NCBI GenBank assembly: GCA_030390025.1
Contig: CM059448.1
Coordinates: forward strand, 12,586,001 to 12,650,000
Direction: 5' to 3'
Origin: Squalus acanthias
Taxonomy: Eukaryota
Length of the DNA stretch: 64,000 nucleotides
The position numbers and the translations under genes were made by a program. This document shows, piece after piece, positions 49,981 through 60,199 of this stretch; position 1 is the stretch's first letter, and each line of letters begins with the position of its first letter. The notes beneath the pieces are model-generated. The model was not told the origin of the DNA. It saw only the letters and a program-made list of their open reading frames with translations, and did no database searches.

Positions 49981-50488
49981 AGATGCGCTGTTTTGCATTT
50001 TGAAAGATGCATGTCTGCAAGCAGCCATAAACATTGGCCAGCTCTCTAACTTCCCCGAGAGATTTTTGACAAATCGTTAATAATTGGTATCTGTAGTGAA
50101 CAGTTCCACCAATCAGTGGGACAGTTTATAATTGACCTACTTGCACACACACAAACCCACCAGTAATTTGAGGCCGCATTTAACAGTTCAAGTAATGAGT
50201 CAGAGTGAAGAAAAGAGATGAGACAAAGGTTCTTAAGGGGGAAAAAAACATTTCACGTTGCAATTACAGTCCCTCTTTAAACAAGTAATACTCACTGTCT
50301 GCTTATTATTCCGAGCAGTTGCTTGCTTGTGGGCCACTTTCAGGAATGCTCTAGCCAGTTGCGCTATGGAGTGGCAGTGGACAGCTCTGATCCTGAGTCC
50401 TCACCACTTTTTTCCTGCCCCCCCCCCACCCAGAGCCTCTGACTTGTAGAAAAGGGTAGTCAAGTGGGCCTCCCACTAGTCCTCTGGA

Positions 50489-51054
50489 TAGGGTTGCCAT
50501 TGCCAACCCTCCAGGATTGGCCTGGAATCTCCAGCAATCGCAGATTAATCTCCAGGACACTGCTGCGAGCAACTCTGGAGAAAAATCATTGGGGCATCAA
50601 AGAAAATTGTGTTTTCCATTTTCTTTGAACACTTCACCCGGCCTAAACCTCTCCACCTCTCTTCCTTTAAGACGCTCGTTAAAACCTACCTCTTTGACCA
50701 AGCTTTTGGTCATCTGCCCTAATTTCTCCTTGTATGACTCGGTGTCACATTTTCTGTCTTGTAATACTCCTGTGAAGTGCCTTGAGACATTTTAACTATG
50801 TTAAAGGTGCTATATAAATACAAGTTGTTCTGTTTATTAGTTATAAAAATATTGGAGATAGGGAAAGAAAGCTGCTTGACTGACCATCCAGTTGGGTAAT
50901 GGAGAGTCTTTTAGTTTTGCAATTGGTGTGGGATGACGGTGTGCCGTGAGGATGGACATGTTGGGCAACCAATGGAGGGAGCAGGGCGGTGGAGGAAGGA
51001 GGTCATGTGGTGATAACCTCCCAGGAATATGGCCACCCGGAGTTGGCAACCCTA
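50489..51054 (+). mobile_element. hAT-superfamily MITE with TAGGGTTGCCA TIRs and perfect 8-bp TSD, containing an L2 3' fragment (~50637-50830)
   Basis: TIRs TAGGGTTGCCA ... TGGCAACCCTA. TSD CCTCTGGA at 50481-50488 and 51055-51062. Confidence 0.9.
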
Positions 51055-51770
51055 CCTCTGGATGTTGAGAGAAACCCCATCTCCGAACAGAATTCTCGTT
51101 TCTGTCACTGGGGAGCCAAGGAGAGAGAACCGCACTGAATCTTGGCTTCAGCATCTTCTGACAGCCAACAAAGGCCTGGAGACGGTGAGGACCAACTCTG
51201 CCAAAGGCTAACAGTGATGGGGGTGCTGGGTGGGGCAATGGGTACGATGGGTTTTATCGCCCTATATGGGCAGTATCTAAGGAACTTGATGTAGCTTTTG
51301 GAATGCAAGATTTTAACACTATATTACATTTAACTACCTTTGTGAACAGACAATTTTTTTTCTTGCGAACTTTGCGCTGGCTTTTAATGTAGGCATCTCT
51401 GCTCATCTGATTATGTTCTAAGTGCTCTTATAAATATATAAATATATTCACCACCTCTTGATGTATGATCCTGTCGTGGGATTTTTCTTGGTGAGGAAAG
51501 GTTAGAAAAATTGATTCTTCTGCCTTGAAAGGAGGCGATTGAGAAGGGGATGTTACATGGCTGTGCAAGATACCAAGTGGAACAGAAAAGATTTAATCCT
51601 GAGCAATATTTCAAGTGAAAGGACTCCTGCAGGATAAGAGAACCTAGGTGCAAACAGGTAAAAGGAAAATTCATGCAAAGGGTGACCACTACTTGGTAGG
51701 GTCGAAAAGACAAACCCCAAATCATTCACGTTGAAAACTGATGGGGCTGAATGGAAAAGAAAAGAATAGA

Positions 51771-51870
51771 CAGACTTGCATTTATATAGCACCTTTCATG
51801 GCCACCGGACGTCTCAAAGCGCTTTACAGCCAATGAAGTACTTTTTGAAGTGTAGTCACTGTTGAAATGT
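51771..51870 (-). mobile_element. DeuSINE 3' fragment
   Basis: cagacttgcatttatatagcacctttcatggccaccggacgtctcaaagcgctttacagccaatgaagtac. Confidence 0.85.
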
Positions 51871-53695
51871 TGCAATGGCCCCTCTCCTCTGTACTGATCT
51901 TTCATTTCTACTTTTCCAGTTATTTTTAGACTTGTATATTTCGAGTCCGAGTTAAGTTGGAATTGGATTAGTCTTGACAGACTTTTGAAGTTCTAAATTG
52001 AGCCAGTAGAATATTCAAGTCTTACAGGAAAGGGGGCGGTCATTTGGCCCATTGTGCCTTTGCCAGCTCTGAGCTGTCCACTTAGCCCCCCCATTCACCT
52101 AACCTTTGCTAAGGCCCTTCCTATTTTTTTTCTTCAATTATTTGTCCACTCTTAATATCTTGAGTCTGCTTGCAACACTGTATCTGGATATTCAATGTCC
52201 CAACAACCCGCTGCCTGTTTAAAAATATATTTTTGTAAACACTCTTTGTTCTTTTGGCAATCTTAACTTGTGTGTTCCATTTGCCCCAAAGGTGAACCCA
52301 CAAATCTTACCCTAGTATCACGCAGTGGTCTTGCGTTTAAACACTAAATTTAAGCCAACCTGTGTTTGCTATTTTGATTTTTAATTCACCAGAGGTTTTC
52401 CAAAAAGGCCATCTGGTCCAATAAACCTTCCTACTTTATGATGGATTTTAACCCCACCTAATTGTGTATTTGAACTCATTGATACTGTTTGCTTCAACGA
52501 CTTTTGCCTGTAAATGATTTCACAAGCCTTACTACCTTTTTTTTGTGTTTAAAAATGTTACCGCGCCTTCCCTTCTTGCTCCCAACATCCTCATTGGTTG
52601 CCCTGGCATTTAATACTCGCGTTGCTTGGAGTTTGTAACTCCAAAATAGCAGTTCAGGCACTATAAAGGAGTACGGTTTGTTATATAATGACGGCAGATT
52701 TTGATGCAGCTTGTTCAAGGTGGTTGTGGTGATTTTTAATGATCTGCGCCTTTTTCAAGGTACTAATCTATAACTAAGGGAGCAACAAGAGAGATTTCAA
52801 GTTGAAGGAAATTCAATTTATCAGCAGCGTTTGGAGCCGATGCACAAAAGTGCCGCAGGGTGCCTCGTTCCATAGTTGGGACAATGTGTTGAAAGACAAT
52901 GTTTCGGACATGTGATACTGGGCATCCAAATAGATTTCACAGTCCAGGCAGTTGGGGTTCCCTGCACGGTTATTACAGCAGCTCTTGGTCGAAGGGAAAC
53001 CAGCCACCTCTTTCCAAAGGGGGCGGGGTGTCAGCTGCAGAGAATACACAGATCATAGTGGGATATGACTCACCAGACCAAAAGGCGAGCCCAACTTTCA
53101 TGTAGCAGATGGTTTGCACATTTACTACACGTGGCAGAGGGTTTAAAAGCACTGGCACCGCAACACAACACCACTGTTTCATTCAGTCTGTGTGTGGAGA
53201 AACAATTACCCACTGGCCAGGCAGGCAGCAAGCAGTGAGGCGGCCCTGTTATTTACATGACATCTGAGGCACTGTTGCTGGCTTTCAGCTCTGGATAAAC
53301 TTATTCTAGTGCTCAAATCTTTCAGGTCAAAACACTTCATTTTAAAATAAGAAGGGTCTGCAAATAAAAATAGATTAAACATGCCATAACTGTTCCACTC
53401 TGAAGACCTCTTTTTTTTTTCCCTGTTGGAATGTAACAACAACTTGCATTTCTCTAGCGCCTTTTAATGTAGTAAATCACCCCCAAGGCGTTTCACAGGA
53501 ACGTTATCAAACCCAATTTGACACCGGGCTACGTAAGGAGATATTCGGACTGGTGACCAAAAACTTAATCAAAGAGACGAGTTTTAAGGAACATCTTAAA
53601 GGAGATATGATGTGGCGATGCCGGTGTTGGACTGGGGTGGACAAATGTGAGAAGTCGCACAACACCAGGTTATAGTCCAACAGCTTTATTTGAAA

Positions 53696-53732
53696 TCACA
53701 AGCTTTCGGAGCGCTGCTCCTTCGTCAGGTGA
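53696..53732 (-). ncRNA. Minimal type-I hammerhead ribozyme motif (PLE family A), antisense to TRAF4
   Basis: Exact reverse complement of 54317-54353. Confidence 0.65.
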
Positions 53733-53761
53733 AGTGAAGAGATGCATATAGTCACAGCATA

Positions 53762-54186
53762 CAGGAAACTTTCGTTTATCCGGCATCGACGGGACCGGCG
53801 TGGTGCCGGTTTATTGAAAGTACCGGATAACAGAGAGTTATATCTACCGAGGCTATTTTTAACAAAGAGACTCCAAGCAGCACGGGAGAATCTACTCATG
53901 CGACTGCAATGTTTCGGACTTGCGACAGCGCCAGGAGGCCGAGTAGTGGCAATTTTGAAAAGTACCCCTACTGACTAAATCGGCGTTCGCGGACTCGGAC
54001 TCGGACTCGGGATCGGCAACATTGCCGGTTATTTGAGAGGATTTTTCGGAGCACTCGGCGTTCGCGGAGACTCGACTGCGACTCGGCAACATTGCCGGTT
54101 ATTTGAGAGGAGTTTTCGGAGGATGATTTTTGCCGGTTAAGCGAGAATTCCGGATATTTGGGTGCCGGATAAACAAAAGTTTCCTG
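53762..54186. mobile_element. Tc1/mariner-superfamily (pogo/Tigger-like) MITE, 425 bp, TA TSD
   Basis: 24-bp TIRs CAGGAAACTTTCGTTTATCCGGCA / TGCCGGATAAACAAAAGTTTCCTG (1 mismatch). TA at 53760-61 and 54187-88. Internal ~70-75-bp tandem duplication at 53980-54123. CpG-rich. Confidence 0.9.
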
Positions 54187-54316
54187 TATATAGTCAGAGA
54201 ACACTGCCAGATGATTACACCTCCAGGTGTGATAAAGGGCAGTTGGAAAGATTAACTGTAATCATCTGGCAGTGTTCTCTGACTATATATGCTGTGCCTA
54301 TATGCATCTCTTCACT

Positions 54317-54353
54317 TCACCTGACGAAGGAGCAGCGCTCCGAAAGCTTGTGA
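54317..54353 (+). ncRNA. Minimal type-I hammerhead ribozyme motif (PLE family A), sense to TRAF4 intron 2
   Basis: UCAC-CUGACGA-A-GGAGC agc GCUCC-GAA-AGCU-U-GUGA. Predicted cleavage after 54349. Confidence 0.65.
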
Positions 54354-54551
54354 TTTCAAATAAAACTGTTGGACTATAACCTGGTGTTGTGCGACTTCTC
54401 ACATTTAAAGGAGATAGAGAGAGGGGTTTGAGGAATTCCAGAACTTGGGGGCCTAGACAGGTGAAAGAAATCTGGCAAAGCTTTAATACATTTTTTTCAC
54501 AAAGAAGTGCAATCCAGCTTCCTAATGACGGTCTCTGTTAAGATTCAATTA

Positions 54552-54928
54552 TCATTGAAACTTATAAAATTCTAACAGGACTAGACAGACTAGATGCAGG
54601 AAGGATGTTCCTGATGGCGGGGGAGTCCAGAACCAGAGGTCACGGTCTAAGGATAAGGGGTAAGCCATTTAGGACTGAGATGAGGAGGAATTTCTTCACC
54701 CAGAGAGTGGTGAACCTGTGGAATTCTCTACCACAGAAGGCAGTTGAGGCCAATTCATTAAATATATTCAAGAAGGAGTTGGATATATTTCTTAAGGCTA
54801 AAGGGATATGGGGAGAAAGCAGGGACAGGGTACTGAATTTGGATGATCAGCCATGATCTCATTGAATGGCGGAGCAGGCTCGAGGGGCCGAATGGCCTAC
54901 TCCTGCTCCTATCTTCTATGTTTCTATG
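54552..54928 (+). mobile_element. CR1 (HER1-like) LINE 3' fragment
   Basis: ORF 54605..54856 SRTRGHGLRIRGKPFRTEMRRNFFTQRVVNLWNSLP plus 3' UTR and (TTCTATGT) tail. Confidence 0.92.
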
Positions 54929-55392
54929 AAAGCTCAGGCCTGCGCACTGGGTTATTCTAGCAATAGGTTGCACCATCTGTCTGCTCCCCCAGTGCCTCGC
55001 CAAGTTTGTCCAGCCAGCCACTGATCAGGAAGGTGTCGAGTTCAATAGCTGGCCTGTGCCGAGTTGGATGATCTCCGTTGCGGAGCCCCTTAAAGTTGCT
55101 AAAATTGGCTTCAGTGCCTTCAGGTGAGCGAGGGGCACCACTCGGGTGGAGATTGTGCTGCTGTCCACTCTCCAGTGACCCCACCTGACAGTGTTGCCTG
55201 TTGGCTTGACTGTGGTGACCCTGTGGTCAGATAACCTGCTGAAACTCTCCGCTCCTCGTAGGTGAACAGTGGTTGCTTGGTTGGGGTGTTGGTGCCTGTG
55301 GATGTGTTTCCCCAGCAAGGAGTCACTGTCCACATTTCATTTTTTAAAAGGTTATTTTCTGTAGTATAAAGAAGAAACTTATAACCGCCAAT

Positions 55393-55547
55393 CCATGTTC
55401 CCTGTAATTTTTTTTTGGGTGCGCAGCCCCTTTAAGTGGCTGTGCGGCCCATTCAGATCTTCGCAGGCGCGGTTATTCCAATTGAAAAGCCGGCGGGCAG
55501 CCTGCACGGGAGCTCCAGACTGCTGCGCAGCTTAAAGGGGAACATTG
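55393..55547. mobile_element. hAT (Tip100/MER91-like) MITE, 155 bp, inserted in a DeuSINE
   Basis: TIRs CCATGTTCCCTGTAA ... TTAAAGGGGAACATTG. 8-bp TSD CCGCCAAT / CAGCCAAT. Confidence 0.7.
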
Positions 55548-55866
55548 CAGCCAATTTGTGCACAGCAAGGTCCCACGAACAGCAAAGGAGATAAATGGCC
55601 AGTTAATCTATTTAGCTGTTGGTTGAGGGATGTATTTTGTCCAGGACATGGTCCTTGATTTTTCAAAAACCACCTTGGAATCTTTTAAATCCAACTGAAC
55701 AGGCAGACAGGGTTGGTTAACGTCTCATCTACAAGACAGTGCCTCTGACAACGCAGCACTCCCTTCGTGCTGCACTGAAGTGTCTGACTAGATTATGTGC
55801 TCCCGTCCTGGAGTGGGGCTTGAAGCCTTTTTAATTCGGAGGCGAGAGTGATACCAACTGAGCCAA
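55548..55866 (-). mobile_element. Diverged DeuSINE
   Basis: cagccaatttgtgcacagcaagg...ggaggcgagagtgataccaactgagcca. Confidence 0.75.
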
Positions 55867-56269
55867 AGTGATAAGTGTTGTTTAGGATGTTTTCTGATCA
55901 TTAAGAGGGCTGAAATGAGGAAAACAAAGATGTTTTTAAATGGATGTTATCCCCCCCCCCCCACTGGTGTGGTAATGAACATCACAGAGCAGAAAAGCCC
56001 CAGGTTCAATCCCTGTTTTTTGGTGAATTAGTTTATCTTAGTCTGGGGAGTGATGGACCACGTCAATGGATCTGTGTCCCTGAGCTAGGTTTTGCCACGG
56101 GGGGGAAAAAAAATGTTTTAATAGGGCTTTGCTCGCTTGCTTGTAATTTCCCCCCCCCCCGAAACTAGTTTTGTTTGCTGGTTGAATTTATTATTAATAA
56201 TCCGCCCTTTTGTTGTCACAAGAAGCTATTTTATGCATTGAGGTTAAGCTTAATCTTCTTGCTTTCCAG

Positions 56270-56374
56270 ATCTATCCTGATCCAGAACTGGAAGCCCAGG
56301 TCCTAGCTCTGGTCATTCGCTGCATTCACAGTGAGGAAGGCTGCAGATGGACAGGACAGATTAAACAGCTGCAG
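56270..56374 (+). CDS. TRAF4: TRAF4 exon 3, IYPDPELEAQVLALVIRCIHSEEGCRWTGQIKQLQ
   Basis: TTTCCAG acceptor, GTAAGT donor, 105 nt, phase 0/0. Matches human IYPDPELEVQVLGLPIRCIHSEEGCRWSG. Part of ORF 56210..56458. Confidence 0.97.
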
Positions 56375-57118
56375 GTAAGTCCTTCAACAGTACGACACCT
56401 TGCTGTCGAACGGACAGCGATGCCACACTGGACCCCAATCTCTAAGATACGTTATTGAACTTTTCTTTAATTGAAGAAACTCTCTGGGTGAATCATGTAT
56501 TGTCAATGCTGGGCAATTGAACACTTGCCTCATTTGGACAATCGGCATCCATTGCTTCTGGGTAACAAAGGCACAGGTTGGCTCCTGAGGAACACTCCTG
56601 GCCCCTCTGCCTCAGCAACGCACCGTAACTTTTTAACTCCAGTTCATCGCCCCCCACCACACTGTCCGTTTTCTACACCAGCGGTCCTTGTGAACTGTTA
56701 TTTGATTTGATATATTGGGAATTTGTGCCTAAACAACATACCACTAGGGGCTGGAGTGAGACTGTCCAAGACCGTTTTACCTGGGAGACTTTCATCTGTT
56801 GGAGGTTTTATCCCATCAGTCTGGGAACTATTTATTCCTTTTATAATGAGCATTGGGAGTTTTATTTGGTATTCGGAAAGCTGTTCTCCCGTCCTTGCCT
56901 GTATCGCAACAATTGAGAAGATTCTTTTGAAGACCCATAGCATCAACATTTTCTCTCCCTCTCCCTCTCCCTCGCCTCCTCCCCTCTCTGGCTAGAGCTT
57001 TCCTGAAAGTGGCCCACAATCCATACTTTTTTTTTGTTGAGGGACCGTTTCCCGAATTTATTTATTTATTTATTTTTTTGTTTGTTTTTGTTTTCTGACT
57101 TGCGCTTGCATTTTACAG

Positions 57119-57280
57119 CCCCATCTTTCGACATGCCCGTTCAATGTGATACCTTGCCCAAACCGCTGCACAATCAAGCTGAGCAGAAGGGACCTGGCTG
57201 AACACCTGCAGCACGATTGCCCGAAGCGTCGCGTCAAGTGTGAATACTGCGGCAACGACTTCACTGGAGAAGGTTATGAG
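57119..57280 (+). CDS. TRAF4: TRAF4 exon 4 (TRAF-type zinc fingers), PHLSTCPFNVIPCPNRCTIKLSRRDLAEHLQHDCPKRRVKCEYCGNDFTGEGYE
   Basis: TTTTACAG acceptor, GTGAGG donor, 162 nt. Cys/His spacing and sequence match TRAF4 zinc fingers. Confidence 0.97.
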
Positions 57281-57295
57281 GTGAGGACACTAGAG

Positions 57296-57711
57296 CAGCG
57301 TTGTCCAATAGGATGTGCTGACCAGCTGCAGCTGTGGTTACAGCGACGCCGCTTTCGCCACATGCACTAACTCCAACAGAAATACACTCTGGGGAATCCC
57401 AAGTAAATGTACTTCACGTGTATATGTATATTTACTTTAACAGACATCTGCCACCATTCGTTAACCAAGGAAGTAAAGCGCTCCCAATGATCAAAAAACA
57501 CTCGTACATTTGCTGGTAAAATGGTCCAAGACAAAAAGCAGAATGTGCAAGAAGGTTAAAGCACACATGCGTACTCCGTGTGAACGAGTATAGAGATCAT
57601 GTGCCATGTGCCGGTGTCTGTCTATTTCCTAATCAGAAATGCAATTAGCCACATCTGGATTGCCAATTAGCCACATGTGGCTAGCGCCCGCTAACGTTTT
57701 GGAGAGCACTG
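57296..57711. mobile_element. hAT-Charlie-like (MER3/MER33-type) MITE immediately after TRAF4 exon 4
   Basis: TIRs CAGCGTTGTCCAA ... TTGGAGAGCACTG, subterminal TAGCCACATGTGGCTA motif, degenerate TSD CACTAGAG / CCCTCGAC. Confidence 0.6.
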
Positions 57712-58933
57712 CCCTCGACCATACTGAGACGGAAGGAATGTGTGTGAATCGCGATGCTTTTTTCTGTACATTATAGCTGTTGGCTCAGATAGATAGGATC
57801 TAGATTGATGCTCCATTCAGATGAAAGAAGCCGCATAGATCTAGTGGAAAGCACATCATTCCCAGCGCTGGAATGATTAATCAACAGTAGACCCTGTGGG
57901 GCTTTAGTCTCGGCTAGACAATTGAAGACCAAATGTTTCAGTAACTCTCAAGGCACCTGCAAAAGCACAAGCCATTTTTCCAATGTCCATGGCTGCTATT
58001 CAAAGACAGTATAATTTTTTTTTTAACGCCATCGCTCCTTCCCACACTTTAATTTATTGAGGTATCTGTAATGGAGCTGGGCTGTCCTCAGTTGACTGAA
58101 AACTATCCGTAACTGCTTTCTCCGCTTGAATGCAGTGCAACTTTATGGATTAAGCTTTAGTAAACACTTGATCCAGATGTGTTCCTGCGGTGCCCATGCA
58201 TAATCGTGTGTTCTTAACCTATGTTAAAGATGCACTCGGTGCAGCTGTGGGCCAGATGTTTCCAGACTTTAAATCAGTGAGAGTAGAGAAGCCGGTCATT
58301 GACCTAGGTCTTGCCCTCTTCGGTACAACTATGAACGCAGTAAAGCTGTTTTCTGCTTTCTGAATCATTTAAACCCTCCTCCTATGGAATGATTTTCTTT
58401 CTAAAAGGGGACTTTCCACTTCAGGAGTTGCATGTAAAATCAGTAGCTGCTCCTATTAGTGTTTCCACTGGTCGTAACCCTGCCGTACGTGGCAAAGTGG
58501 TAAAATAAATGAGGTAGCATTAGTGTGCGGCCAGGCATGGCGTTAATCTGCTTGGCTTTGACCAGCAGAGATGGTTATTTAATTTGCTGACCTCAACCAG
58601 ACCTTTTTCTGCCGAAGGCTCCTGAGCAATGACTTTAAAACAACTGAACGTGTCTGCGCCCAGTTGTTCAAATGCTGCAGAAGCTGCCTCGCCAGTTGTG
58701 TGCTTTCTGGGGCTCCGCTATCTGACCCTGCACATCTCATTTCAGCCAGCAGATAGAGAAGGCTTTCATCGTATTAGTTGGGGCTGGATTCTAAACCAAG
58801 GCCTAAAGGTGAATGGCCAGCATCTAACCCACTGGAGCATGGCGTCCTTTCTGATTTTTATCTCTCGCACACGCCCTCCCATTCCTTTTTTTTTTCTTTT
58901 AATCGCTTGAAATGCAATACCGCTGATTTTGAC

Positions 58934-59708
58934 TGTCAGCTGTGGCTCAGTGGGTAGCACACTCGCCTCTGAGTCAAAAGGATGCGGGTTCAAGTCCCAC
59001 TCCAGAGACTCGCGCACAAGAATCTAGGCTGACACTCCAGTGTAGCGCTGAGGGAACGCTGCACTGTCTGAGGTGCTGTCTTTCAGATGAGACGTTAAAC
59101 CGAGGCCCCGTCTGTCCTCTCGGGTGGACGTAAAAGATCCCGTGGCACTATTTTGAAGAAGAGCAGGGGAGTTCTCCCCGGTGGCTTGGCCAATATTTAT
59201 CCCTCAATCAACATCACTAAAACAGATTCACACAGAATCCCCACAGTGCAGATAGAGGCCATTTCGGCCCATCGAGCCTGCACCGACAAATATCCCACCC
59301 TATCCCCGTAACCCCACGTATTTAATCCCCCCTAACACTAAGGGTCAATTTATCATAGCCAAATCAACCTAATCCGCACATCTTTGGACTGTGGGAGGAA
59401 ACCGGAGCACCCAGAGGAAACCCACGCAGACACGGGGAGAATGTGCAAACTCCACACAGACAGTCACCCGAGGCCGGATTCGAACCCGGGTCCCTGGCGC
59501 TGTGAGGCAACAGTGCTAACCACTATGCCACCGTGTTGCCCTAGTCATTATCACATTGCTGTTTGTGGGAGCTTGCTGTGCGCAAATTGGCTGCCACGTT
59601 TCCTACATTACAAGTGTGACTACATTTCAAAAGGGACTTCATGGGCTGCAAAGCACTTTGGGACGTCTGGTGGTCGTGAAAGGCGCTATAGAAATGCAAG
59701 TGTTTCTT
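58934..59708 (+). mobile_element. Full-length DeuSINE interrupted by an HE1 SINE
   Basis: Head at 58934. The consensus aaacagatt|..gtcattatcacattgc is split at 59228/59542. Confidence 0.9.
59229..59541 (-). mobile_element. Full-length HE1 / V-SINE
   Basis: Minus strand GGGCAACACGGTGGCATAGTGGTTAGCAC...GGGTTCGAATCC (A/B boxes), V-domain, CR1-like tail gggccgaaatggcctc...gattctgtg. Confidence 0.92.
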
Positions 59709-60037
59709 ATTTACAGTTTGAACTTTTGTTGGGCAGTTGGGGGTGGCTAGCAACGTGTCCGGCTGGGGATTATGGCAGTCTCCCCATGTCACGGCCCTTG
59801 AGCTGACCGGACGGAAAAACATATGTTCTATTCCCATAGTTCAATTGTTCTCCACCTTTTTTTAATAGTTGAAAAGCAAAAAGAGGTGGTGGAGTTTGAA
59901 GTGGGCATTAGCCCCGTTAATGTTCGAATGGAAGCACTTCTTTCTTTGGCTGCATTCTGCTCTGAAAGAGTTAGGCTCTTGGCTCTCTCTTTTTTGCAGT
60001 AATGAGATTGCACTCATGTGGTTACTTTCTCCCACAG

Positions 60038-60199
60038 AATCACCAGGGAATTTGCCCTCAGGAGAGCGTGTACTGTGAAAACAAATGCGGGGCCAGAATG
60101 ATGCGGCGCCTGCTATCACAACATTGCCTTACGGACTGTCCCAAACGCACACAGCCCTGCAAGTTCTGCGGCAAGGAGTTTGTGTTTGACACGATTCAG
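60038..60199 (+). CDS. TRAF4: TRAF4 exon 5 (TRAF-type zinc fingers), NHQGICPQESVYCENKCGARMMRRLLSQHCLTDCPKRTQPCKFCGKEFVFDTIQ
   Basis: CCCACAG acceptor, GTTGGT donor, 162 nt. CPQESVYCENKCGARMMRRLL is characteristic of TRAF4. Confidence 0.97.

Larger units (their letters stand above)
53608..54406. mobile_element. Penelope-derived inverted pLTR pair (family A), ~150-bp arms with 35-nt tail, 10-12-bp TSD
   Basis: Left arm 53643-53761 plus 54189-54219 mirrors right arm 54257-54406. Tail at 53608-53642. TSD TTAAAGGAGATA at 53596-53607 and 54405-54416. Confidence 0.9.
53433..54465 (-). mobile_element. L2 LINE 3' fragment split by the Penelope insertion
   Basis: aacaacaacttgcattt...gttttaaggaacatcttaaaggagata [insert] gagagaggggtttgaggaattccagaacttgggg is colinear with L2 at 32198-32440. 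Confidence 0.8.

Noticed and set aside
55025-55335. Overlapping minus-strand ORFs (102 and 71 aa)
   Set aside because: No domain similarity recognised. The region overlaps SINE-like head sequence on the + strand.
58740-58840. Possible LF-SINE-like head on the minus strand
   Set aside because: The resemblance is short and too diverged to call without a profile search.
58934-59010. tRNA-like sequences with A/B boxes (also at about 13470-13537, 23250-23318, 30559-30630, 44628-44680, 59470-59541)
   Set aside because: They are SINE heads continuous with SINE bodies and do not form complete cloverleaves.
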